DNA from: Clostridia bacterium
GTDB taxonomy: Bacteria > Bacillota > Clostridia > Oscillospirales > CAG-272
Assembly: GCA_017463765.1 (NCBI GenBank)
Contig: JAFTON010000055.1
Span: 1 to 56,262, forward strand
Direction of reading: 5' to 3'
DNA length: 56,262 bases
Shown piece by piece: positions 48,958-56,262 of the stretch. Every line of letters starts with the position of its first letter. Position 1 is the first letter of the stretch. The notes beneath the pieces are model-generated. The model had not been told where the DNA came from, searched no databases, and saw nothing but the letters and a program-made list of their open reading frames with translations. Position numbers and translations under genes: made by a program.

Positions 48958-50025
48958 ATGAGGCTTGTATCATTTGTTTTAGTATTGTGTATTTTATGTT
49001 CTTTGCTTGGTTCTTGTTGCTCAGTATTTACTATAGAACCGAAGGACTCCAATATTACTCATAATGAGTCATCCCTTGACTATGTTTTTAACGCTACCAA
49101 TACCATTGATCATCACTTAGAAGCAGACAATATCATCATTTACGGAAATTATAAGAATTTTGACTCATCGCTACTGTATTCACTGATTCAGGACAAAGAT
49201 AAAATTTGTATTTTTTACGACCTGGATTTATCGGATAACGTAAACGACAGTCTTGAAATTATGCGAAACAACGCAGTAGTCTATTATTATAAAAATGATA
49301 TTCCCCATATTCACTCATATGTAAGCAGCTCATCAGACTCAAAATCCTTAATACCAGACGTTAATAATTATGTAAATAATATTCTCTCGGAAATAGGCAA
49401 TGAATTAGATTACGTCAACACGAAAGCACTTGCAAATTGCGAGCTATATACGTCCGGCAACGAAGACTTCGTAGGGATCCGACAGGGCTCCTTCAGAGAA
49501 GAAGAAAAGCCGTATGGATATATAGAATGTGATTACGTTATTAAAAAACACAAAGCAGATGACGTAAGCCTATACGTTGTTGAAGCCCGTTTTTTCTTCA
49601 CTCCGGGAAAGGTCGCTAATGATTTAGGTGATGATAGCTATGATAATTGGTTCAATAGCTCGGGTTATGCTAAAATAAAGGCAAAAAGAGTTAATAACGA
49701 GGTGATCTTCAATCGGTCGGCTCCGGTTTTTAAGGATGCGTATCCTATAAATCAAGCTTTTCATAATTCAAAAGCCAGGCTTTCTGCACAAAAGGATCCT
49801 ATGGACGTAGAAAAATATACCTGGCTTTATACATACGAGTACCCCGAAGCCGAAACGTATAATCCGATCGTTGGATATATATTTGAAATGAGCACTCCCT
49901 CTGACGATTCGCCGGAATATAATATTTCTTTAGAGTTTGAATATCGAATGACGGTAGAAAACAACAGGCGAATATTTAAAAAAAGCAAAATATTTAGTGG
50001 CCATACCTTCCACAATTACTATTGA
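48958..50025 (+). CDS. Hypothetical secreted protein or lipoprotein (355 aa)
   Basis: AAAGGAG ribosome-binding site. Signal peptide MRLVSFVLVLCILCSLLGSCC. AT-rich. No motif recognised. Confidence 0.6.
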   Translation: MRLVSFVLVLCILCSLLGSCCSVFTIEPKDSNITHNESSLDYVFNATNTIDHHLEADNIIIYGNYKNFDSSLLYSLIQDKDKICIFYDLDLSDNVNDSLEIMRNNAVVYYYKNDIPHIHSYVSSSSDSKSLIPDVNNYVNNILSEIGNELDYVNTKALANCELYTSGNEDFVGIRQGSFREEEKPYGYIECDYVIKKHKADDVSLYVVEARFFFTPGKVANDLGDDSYDNWFNSSGYAKIKAKRVNNEVIFNRSAPVFKDAYPINQAFHNSKARLSAQKDPMDVEKYTWLYTYEYPEAETYNPIVGYIFEMSTPSDDSPEYNISLEFEYRMTVENNRRIFKKSKIFSGHTFHNYY

Positions 50026-50036
50026 TCTTAATGCTA

Positions 50037-50067
50037 ACGGAGCAGCCTCGGTTGCTCCGTTTTTTTG
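50037..50067 (+). terminator. Rho-independent terminator
   Basis: ACGGAGCA (50037-50044) / TGCTCCGT (50053-50060), followed by TTTTTTT. Confidence 0.8.
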
Positions 50068-50082
50068 TTTTTCTCTCAAATC

Positions 50083-50112
50083 TTGACATCGAGGGGTCAA
50101 GTGATGTATAAT
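50083..50112 (+). promoter_or_regulatory. Sigma-A promoter of the APH-like gene, with an overlapping inverted repeat
   Basis: TTGACA (50083-50088), an 18-nt spacer, then TATAAT (50107-50112). The inverted repeat CTTGAC-N8-GTCAAG overlaps the -35. Confidence 0.6.
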
Positions 50113-50171
50113 ATTTTAAATAAGATATTTATTACTGACTTTGACGGAAAGGCAGACTATATAAATTTGCA

Positions 50172-50975
50172 ATGAAGAAAACCGAAATTGAGAGAATACC
50201 GATTCTTCTGCCCGAGGAGCTTCGGAGAATATGTGACGGTGCGAGGATATACGACAGCTCCTCCTCACCCGAGGCGAGGGTGTATTTCATCGACCGTGGA
50301 GACGGCTTTTACCTGAAAACTGCCACGAAGGGCAGCCTTGAAAGAGAGGCTGTGATGACAGGGTATTTTTATAAAAAAGGGCTTGGTGGCGAGGTTTTAA
50401 GCTATATTTCGGGTGAGAGTGATATTCTTCTCACACGGGCTGTGCCCGGTGATGACTGCACCACGGCAAAATATCTTAATGAGCCAAAGCGCCTTTGCGA
50501 CCTTATAGCCGAGAGACTGCGTATGCTGCACGAAACAGATCCCTCGGACTGTCCTGTAAAAGACAGGGTGGGTGAATATATTGCTCTCGCCGAGAGAAAC
50601 TATAGAAATGATAACTACAATAAAGAGCACTTCCCCGACTCCTTCGGCTACTCCTCGGGAGAGGAGGGGTTCTCTGCCCTGTCCCGTGGCAAGCATCTAT
50701 TAAAAAACGAGGTGCTGATTCACGGTGACTACTGCCTGCCGAATATAATGCTTTTTGGCTGGGAGTTCTCGGGCTTTATCGACCTTGGTAACGCCGGAAT
50801 AGGTGACAGGCATATAGATCTGTTCTGGGGCAGGTGGACAATGGGCTTTAATTTATCACTATACAATCTGCCCGATGCCGATAAATACGGCGAAAGATTT
50901 CTTGACGCCTACGGAAGAGACAAAATTGATACAGATATACTTAATACCGTTGCTGCAGCAGAGGTATTCGGATAA
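50172..50975 (+). CDS. Aminoglycoside 3'-phosphotransferase-family kinase (APH(3')-like)
   Basis: 267 aa. HGDYCLPNIMLFGWEFSGFIDLGNAGIGDRHIDL closely parallels the catalytic and Mg-binding loops of APH(3')-II/III enzymes (HGDACLPNIM...GFIDCGRLGVADRYQD). The ribosome-binding site is weak. Confidence 0.75.
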   Translation: MKKTEIERIPILLPEELRRICDGARIYDSSSSPEARVYFIDRGDGFYLKTATKGSLEREAVMTGYFYKKGLGGEVLSYISGESDILLTRAVPGDDCTTAKYLNEPKRLCDLIAERLRMLHETDPSDCPVKDRVGEYIALAERNYRNDNYNKEHFPDSFGYSSGEEGFSALSRGKHLLKNEVLIHGDYCLPNIMLFGWEFSGFIDLGNAGIGDRHIDLFWGRWTMGFNLSLYNLPDADKYGERFLDAYGRDKIDTDILNTVAAAEVFG

Positions 50976-51002
50976 AAAATAATAAAAAAGGATGTAAAAA
51001 AA

Positions 51003-52010
51003 ATGAAAGCAATCAGAATTATTTCGACCATACTGTTATGTCTTGCTTTGCTTATCACCGTAGTTAACGTCATTCCCCAAAAGAAAAACATTGAAAGCAA
51101 TCCCTTCATAGTTGAAAATGGAGCGCTACCCATGATAGCTGCCCATCGCGGTGGAGGCGACAATAATCCCGAGAACACAATGCTCGCCTTCCGTGAGGCA
51201 GTAAACACCTATAGAGTTGACATTATCGAGAGCGACCTGTATCTTACCAAGGACGGCTATCTTGTATACAACCACGACGGATATATTGACCGTACATCCA
51301 ACGTTAACGGAGATATTTCCTACGAGGAGATGAAGGAGCTTATAAAGGATAAGGAAAAGCGTCATTACATAGAGGATATGACCCTTGATGAGCTTCGCCG
51401 GTACAACTTCGGATACTATTTCGAGAACGAGGACGGCGAGAGAATATATAAGGATGAGAGTGATATCAAGTCCCGTGGGCTGCAGATTGCCACGGTTGAG
51501 ATGCTGTTCGAGGAGTTTTATGAGAGTAACCCCGACCTGCTATTTATTGTAGAGATAAAGAACGGTGGCGAGAGGGGCTATGAGGCTGCAAGAAAGCTTG
51601 CGTCGGTGCTTGAAGAATATCCCGAATATAAGGATAATATAGTAATTGGAACCTTCCACCCCGAGATTGAGGAGCATCTTGAAAGCGAGTATCCGAATCT
51701 TATGAGAGGCGCATCCACAAGTGGCGCAGCAGGATTTATTCTCACCCAGTTCGCAGGACTTAATATTTTCGACAACAGCAGCTTTGCCTGCCTGCAGATA
51801 CCGCTCAGCTATGATCTTGGAATCGAGATAAATCTGGAGCAAAAAACAATAATTAACCGTGCGCACAGAAGAAATATTGCGGTACAGTATTGGACAATAA
51901 ACGATGAGGACGAGATGCACCGACTTATCAAGCTCGGTTGCGACTGTATTATGACAGATAATCCTGCCCTTATGCGCGAGGTTTTGTCGGAATATAGTGC
52001 CGAAAAGTAA
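51003..52010 (+). CDS. Glycerophosphodiester phosphodiesterase-family protein, membrane-anchored
   Basis: N-terminal TM. GDPD motifs IAAHRGGGDNNPENT and ESDLYLTKDG, plus the C-terminal WTINDE motif. Confidence 0.85.
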   Translation: MKAIRIISTILLCLALLITVVNVIPQKKNIESNPFIVENGALPMIAAHRGGGDNNPENTMLAFREAVNTYRVDIIESDLYLTKDGYLVYNHDGYIDRTSNVNGDISYEEMKELIKDKEKRHYIEDMTLDELRRYNFGYYFENEDGERIYKDESDIKSRGLQIATVEMLFEEFYESNPDLLFIVEIKNGGERGYEAARKLASVLEEYPEYKDNIVIGTFHPEIEEHLESEYPNLMRGASTSGAAGFILTQFAGLNIFDNSSFACLQIPLSYDLGIEINLEQKTIINRAHRRNIAVQYWTINDEDEMHRLIKLGCDCIMTDNPALMREVLSEYSAEK

Positions 52011-52080
52011 TTTTTTGACAACATTTGTTTACAAACAATTAAAAATACTTATAATATAAATAAAAACGGGAGAATTGATT

Positions 52081-52602
52081 ATGAAAAGCTGTATGGAAAT
52101 TATCCTCACACGCAGGAGTGTGAAAAAATATAAATCGGATATGCCAAAGAGAGAGGATATAGACAAGATAATCGAAGCAGGACTTGCTGCAGCAAGTGGA
52201 CGAAATCTTCAGGCATCGGTTATTGTAGCAGTAACCAACAAGGAGATACGCGACAGACTTTCCCGTGATAATGCTGCCGTTATGGGCGCAGGAGCAGACC
52301 CCTTTTACGGTGCACCCTGCGTGCTTGTGGTTCTTGCAAAAAAGACTGCCCACACCTACCTTTACGACGGCTCGCTGACTCTCGGCAATATGATGCTGGC
52401 AGCTCACGAGCTGGGGCTTGGCTCCTGCTGGATTCACAGAGCCAAGGAGGTAATGGCGCAGCCCCAGTGGCAGGAATGGATAGCATCGCTCGGATTTGAA
52501 GGCGAGTATGAGGGTATAGGCAATCTTGTGGTAGGATACCTTGACGGAGAGTATCCTGCACCCAAAGAAAAAAGAGAGGGGCGCGTAGTTTACGTGGACT
52601 AA
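52081..52602 (+). CDS. Nitroreductase-family protein
   Basis: The preferred start is ATG 52081, 7 nt after GGGAGA. The track starts at TTG 52075. Motifs: ILTRRSVKKY, SGRNLQ and ELGLGSCWI. Confidence 0.85.
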   Translation: MKSCMEIILTRRSVKKYKSDMPKREDIDKIIEAGLAAASGRNLQASVIVAVTNKEIRDRLSRDNAAVMGAGADPFYGAPCVLVVLAKKTAHTYLYDGSLTLGNMMLAAHELGLGSCWIHRAKEVMAQPQWQEWIASLGFEGEYEGIGNLVVGYLDGEYPAPKEKREGRVVYVD

Positions 52603-52605
52603 TAT

Positions 52606-53694
52606 ATGAAGTTAAGTGAAATCAAAAATTTGAAGCAGAAAACAAAGCTTATTATCATTCTGGCAGTTGAGTTTATCGCTATAATCGCGATTCTTGCCTT
52701 GATTTTCTTCGCGGGAAAGAAGACGCATACCGTCACCTTCGACCTTAACGGTGGAATACTTCTCAGTGGTGACGTGGAGCAGCGAGTTACTCAGGGTCAG
52801 AACGCCTATCCACCAAGCGTAGCAAAATACGGTCACTACCTTATGGGCTGGTCGGGCTCATATAAGTCGGTAACCCGTGACGTTACCGTAAAGGCTATCT
52901 GGGAGTATGAAACCAGCCCGGGTATCGAATACTCTGTTCCCGAGAACACAAATTACTGTGAAATTTCGGGCTCCTTCAAGGAGATTCAGGGCGAGGTGTT
53001 TATCGGTGCGTTCTATGAGGGACGTCAGGTGCTTGGTATTCAGGCAGGCGCCTTCAAGGACAGAACCGGCATTACCGGCGTATACCTTCTTGACGGAATT
53101 CTTGCCATCGAGGACGAGGCGTTCTCGGGCTGTACCTCTCTTGAGGTGGTGGATATTCCCTCCACCGTAGTCCGTATCGGTGCCTCTGCCTTCAAGGGCT
53201 GTGAGAGCCTTAAGGAGATAATCCTGCCCGAGTCGCTTACCACAATTGAGGAGGGCGCTTTTGAGGGCTGCACCTCTCTTGAAAAGATTACCTTTAGCGA
53301 CAAGCTTATTACCATAGGTGACTCCGCGTTCAAGGGTTGCAAAGCGCTTAACGACGCAGTTCTTGCCGATGGAGTCAAGAGCATTGGTGAATATTCCTTC
53401 TACGGTTGCGAGGCTCTTAAGGAATTTTTCATTCCCGAAAGTGTACTTAAAATCGGTAAAAACGCCTTCAATACCACAGATATGACAATAAAGCTTTACA
53501 TTTTGGAAGAAAATATTCCCGAAGGCTTTGTTGACGGTTGGTTCACGGAGGGTATAAAAACAGAATATGGTTATATACCCGAGGACGATACTCTAAACGA
53601 TAAGGATACCGATAAGAATCCTAATGACAAAAACGGAAAGCAGAATAAAGACGGCGAGGATGATGACGAAGGCTTCTGGGGTGGTATTCTATGA
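52606..53694 (+). CDS. Membrane-anchored surface protein with one Flg_new repeat and BspA-type LRRs
   Basis: N-terminal TM LIIILAVEFIAIIAILALIFFA. Flg_new-like segment HTVTFDLNGG...YLMGWSG...VTVKAIWEY. LRR_5 units IEDEAFSGCTSLEVVDIP, IGASAFKGCESLKEIILP and IEEGAFEGCTSLEKITF. Confidence 0.8.
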   Translation: MKLSEIKNLKQKTKLIIILAVEFIAIIAILALIFFAGKKTHTVTFDLNGGILLSGDVEQRVTQGQNAYPPSVAKYGHYLMGWSGSYKSVTRDVTVKAIWEYETSPGIEYSVPENTNYCEISGSFKEIQGEVFIGAFYEGRQVLGIQAGAFKDRTGITGVYLLDGILAIEDEAFSGCTSLEVVDIPSTVVRIGASAFKGCESLKEIILPESLTTIEEGAFEGCTSLEKITFSDKLITIGDSAFKGCKALNDAVLADGVKSIGEYSFYGCEALKEFFIPESVLKIGKNAFNTTDMTIKLYILEENIPEGFVDGWFTEGIKTEYGYIPEDDTLNDKDTDKNPNDKNGKQNKDGEDDDEGFWGGIL

Positions 53695-54479
53695 ATATGA
53701 TGCAGATGGTCGGTATAATGGTAGTCTGCTACTTTATAACGCTGACGCTTCTTGCCATTTACCGTAACATTATTAACGTTAAGGTAGGAAATATTGTTTT
53801 CATTATCGTTGACGTGATTTTCTTCTTTTTCTGGAACTATGCTGCATACCAGAGGGGCTGGCTCCAGGACGGCTTTATGACCCTTGAAAACATCAGCCCG
53901 TTTATTATGACGCTTATTCCACTTACTGTGTTTATGAGTAAGCGAGTGCGTTCATACTGTAACAGCGCTATTGCTTTTCTGTGGATCGGAATGTTCCTTG
54001 CCCTGCTTATCAGCCCACAGCACGCATATATATTCAGCTATCATATCGAGGCGTCTCCTATCTATACGGCAGAGGCTGCCTGTCACCTTATCGCATCTCT
54101 TTACGGCGCGTATCTTATAATTACGAAGCAGGTTTCCTGCGATGCAAGGCATTGGCGAAGATCGGTGGTCTGTATGTACTCGGTTATCGGCTTCGGCGTA
54201 ATCCTTAACTACGCATTCCATACAAGAAACTTCGGTATGGACCCTTACGGCGACTATACCATATATATGTTGGATATTTTCGGCAGCTTTGAGGCTACGC
54301 TTGTGGCATATCTGCTGGGCGTCCTTGTCGTGCTTACGATGGGAATGCAGATAGGCTATCTCTTCTTCAGGCTGGTTGACTCTACGCACAACGGGGATAA
54401 TGCAGAATGCAAAATGCAGAATGCAGAATTGCCTTCTAACACAACAGAATCTGATGACAAAAAGGAGGATACTGTGTAA
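53691..54479 (+). CDS. Hypothetical polytopic membrane protein (262 aa, about seven TM helices)
   Basis: ATGA overlap with the upstream gene and a 1-nt overlap (TAATG) with the downstream gene. Hydrophobic throughout. No motif recognised. Confidence 0.65.
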   Translation: MNMMQMVGIMVVCYFITLTLLAIYRNIINVKVGNIVFIIVDVIFFFFWNYAAYQRGWLQDGFMTLENISPFIMTLIPLTVFMSKRVRSYCNSAIAFLWIGMFLALLISPQHAYIFSYHIEASPIYTAEAACHLIASLYGAYLIITKQVSCDARHWRRSVVCMYSVIGFGVILNYAFHTRNFGMDPYGDYTIYMLDIFGSFEATLVAYLLGVLVVLTMGMQIGYLFFRLVDSTHNGDNAECKMQNAELPSNTTESDDKKEDTV

Positions 54480-54982
54480 TGGAAAATCCTATACTTAAAA
54501 GACGAAGCGTAAGAAAGTTCAAAGAAACTCCCGTCTCGCGCGAGATGATTGATAAGCTGCTCGAGGCAGCAATGGCAGCGCCAAGCGCCTGCAACAAACG
54601 TCCGGTGGATTTTTACGTTATCACAGATGAAGAAAAGCTTCAGGAAATCTCTATGGCAGGCAGGTTCACACGAATGAAAGCCCCACTTATCATCCTGGTT
54701 GTGGGAAATCTTAAGCGCGCTCTACCCTTACAGCTTGCAGACTACTGGATTCACGATGCTGCCGCGGCAAGCGAAAATATTCTCATAGAAGCGACGGCGC
54801 TGGGGCTTGGCTCCTGCTGGTGTGGAATACATCCACAAAAGAGAATGATGCAGAAGGTGAGCCAGATACTTGGTCTTGGTGAAAAGCAGCTTCCCTTCTC
54901 TCTTATCAAAATCGGACATCCCGACGAGTTTCCCGAGCCACATTCGGGCTATGATAAAAGCCGTGTGACCTTCCTGGAATAG
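54479..54982 (+). CDS. Nitroreductase-family protein (second copy, divergent)
   Basis: AAGGAGGA ribosome-binding site. Motifs ILKRRSVRKF, PSACNKRP and ALGLGSCW. Confidence 0.85.
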   Translation: MENPILKRRSVRKFKETPVSREMIDKLLEAAMAAPSACNKRPVDFYVITDEEKLQEISMAGRFTRMKAPLIILVVGNLKRALPLQLADYWIHDAAAASENILIEATALGLGSCWCGIHPQKRMMQKVSQILGLGEKQLPFSLIKIGHPDEFPEPHSGYDKSRVTFLE

Positions 54983-55047
54983 CTTCAAAAATTCCATAAA
55001 CAAGCTCAAAACAAATTGATTAAAACACAAAAGTGAGGACGTAAAAA

Positions 55048-55737
55048 ATGAGACCGATTATCGGTATTTTCCCTATGGTTTCGCCCGATGGCAATTCCTA
55101 TATCAAGCCCGACTACGTTTCTGCAATCGAGCGTGCAGGTGGACGTGCAATTCTTCTGCCTGTCAGTCATCTTGAAGAATCTGTAGACAGTTTTATAGAC
55201 ATGTGCGACGGCTTTGTATTTGCAGGAGGACCCGACATTGAACCTGTGCGATACGGTGAGAAAAAGAGCGAAAAGTGCTTTGACACCGTACCCGAGAGAG
55301 ATGAGTTCGAGTTTTTCGTGTTCCCGAGGGTTCTTGCATCGAAAAAGCCACTGCTTGGCATCTGCCGTGGCTCCCAGCTTATGAACACAGCTCTTGGTGG
55401 TACGCTCTATCAGGATATTCCAACCGAGGTAGCAAGCGAGGTTGCCCACCGTGAGGGTGGCCGTGACACAAGACACGAGATGAATATTATCGAGGGCACG
55501 CCTCTCTTCCGTATTATCGGAAAGGAGCGCATTAACATAAACAGCTATCATCACCAGGCAGTTAAGGCTCTGGGACGTGGCATCATTGCTATGGCTGTGG
55601 CAGACGATCATATTATTGAGGCGATCTGCATTGAGGGACACAAATTTGCCGTTGGTCTGCAGTGGCATCCCGAAAGAATGAAGAACGAGCACGGCGATGC
55701 TATTTTCCGGGCACTTATCGCTGCCTGCAAGGACTAA
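55048..55737 (+). CDS. Class I glutamine amidotransferase / gamma-glutamyl-GABA hydrolase-like (peptidase C26) protein
   Basis: GICRGSQLMN (nucleophile Cys), SYHHQA and GLQWHPE. Confidence 0.85.
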   Translation: MRPIIGIFPMVSPDGNSYIKPDYVSAIERAGGRAILLPVSHLEESVDSFIDMCDGFVFAGGPDIEPVRYGEKKSEKCFDTVPERDEFEFFVFPRVLASKKPLLGICRGSQLMNTALGGTLYQDIPTEVASEVAHREGGRDTRHEMNIIEGTPLFRIIGKERININSYHHQAVKALGRGIIAMAVADDHIIEAICIEGHKFAVGLQWHPERMKNEHGDAIFRALIAACKD

Positions 55738-55758
55738 TAAGCTTTTTGGAGATTGACT

Positions 55759-56262
55759 ATGACAAGCTTTAGCGTCAGAACAAAGGGTGGCGCAGACCCG
55801 AGGGGAAAGCCGAGGGTGTATTTTACCTGTCATCCCGATGACTTCAACACTTATTTTGATAAAATATGCGAGGACGTATTTAAGACTCAGGACTGCGCGA
55901 TATATTATACGCCCGATATGAGCGAGCCTCTTGACGAGGCGAATATTGACGTTGATCTGGGTCGAATGAATCTGTTCCTTGTTCCCGTAACATTCAGGCT
56001 GATGAACCAGCCCTGCAGAGCCATGTCGGTGGATATAACCTATGCTAAGGAGAAGAATATACCCATTCTGCCCTTTATGATGGAGAGTGGAATCGACGCG
56101 GTTTATTCACTGCCAAAGAACTTTGGCGAGAGGCAGTATCTCTCGCCATTCAGCACCGACACAACCGAGGTGAGCTACGCTGAAAAGCTAAAGAAAATCC
56201 TCGAGGCAATACTTATCTCTGACGAGATGGCAAATCGTGTCAGAGCTGCTTTTGACGCATAC
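55759..56262 (+). CDS. Partial CDS (N-terminal 168 aa) of a probable TIR-domain-associated protein; continues beyond the right edge
   Basis: Absent from the ORF track because it runs off the window. ATG 55759 follows TGGAGA. Translation begins MTSFSVRTKGGADPRGKPRVYFTCHPDDF...AIYYTPD...LFLVPVT...IPILPFMME...RAAFDAY. From memory, this N-terminal module precedes a TIR domain starting around ...AFDAYIFLSYRKKD in gut Clostridia proteins; unverified. Confidence 0.5.
   Translation, partial: MTSFSVRTKGGADPRGKPRVYFTCHPDDFNTYFDKICEDVFKTQDCAIYYTPDMSEPLDEANIDVDLGRMNLFLVPVTFRLMNQPCRAMSVDITYAKEKNIPILPFMMESGIDAVYSLPKNFGERQYLSPFSTDTTEVSYAEKLKKILEAILISDEMANRVRAAFDAY

Noticed and set aside
55006-55833. 275-aa minus-strand ORF overlapping the amidotransferase gene
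   Set aside because: It is antisense to a gene with the GICRGSQ, HHQA and QWHPE motifs, and it runs across two plus-strand genes and their intergenic ribosome-binding site.

Overview
The window looks like a Gram-positive, Clostridia-like chromosome. This is an inference from lipobox signal peptides, GGAGG-type ribosome-binding sites, sigma-A -35/-10 promoters and a Bacillus-like tRNA-Glu.

(1) Region 1-5.7 kb, minus strand: a fructan-utilisation operon. It encodes a MalK/MsmX-type ABC ATPase carrying an unusual coiled-coil insertion, a large membrane protein, a PfkB fructokinase and a GH32 lipoprotein that runs off the left edge. Its promoter is bracketed by two copies of a 14-bp inverted-repeat operator.

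(2) Region 6.3-38.3 kb, minus strand: the main candidate for an undescribed system. It appears to be one ~32-kb, 12-gene transcription unit with a single strong promoter and a leader hairpin.
- Gene order: Flg_new lipoprotein, OppA (892 aa), OppB, OppC, OppD, OppF, an 81-aa tail-anchored protein, a 2576-aa S8/PA protease fused to about 900 aa of BspA-type LRRs, then four giant lipoproteins of 783, 803, 1445 and 2094 aa.
- The giant lipoproteins are built from shared, unnamed modules.
- Proposed function: a surface substrate-capture, proteolysis and peptide-import locus.

(3) Region 38.3-40.4 kb: an AT-rich islet on the 3' side of tRNA-Glu(CUC).
- It contains two paralogous ~120-nt structured RNA-like elements derived from the tRNA 3' half. 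They show compensatory base changes and each has its own terminator.
- It also contains an inverted tRNA-end fragment, four 21-bp-phased direct repeats and one orphan gene.

(4) Region 40.5-56.3 kb, plus strand: mixed housekeeping and accessory genes.
- Recognisable products: AraC regulator, RlmD, GNAT, GH13 alpha-glucosidase, an APH(3')-like kinase, GDPD, a class I amidotransferase, and a partial TIR-associated gene that runs off the right edge.
- Oddities: an AT-rich islet of small unknown genes that includes an IS30-N-terminus/AbrB chimera, a membrane XRE regulator paired with a lipoprotein, and a nitroreductase / LRR protein / membrane protein / nitroreductase operon.

No CRISPR array, rRNA gene or intact mobile element was seen. 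The many long ORFs antisense to real genes are in-phase shadow ORFs. They arise because the sense genes avoid TTA, CTA and TCA codons.
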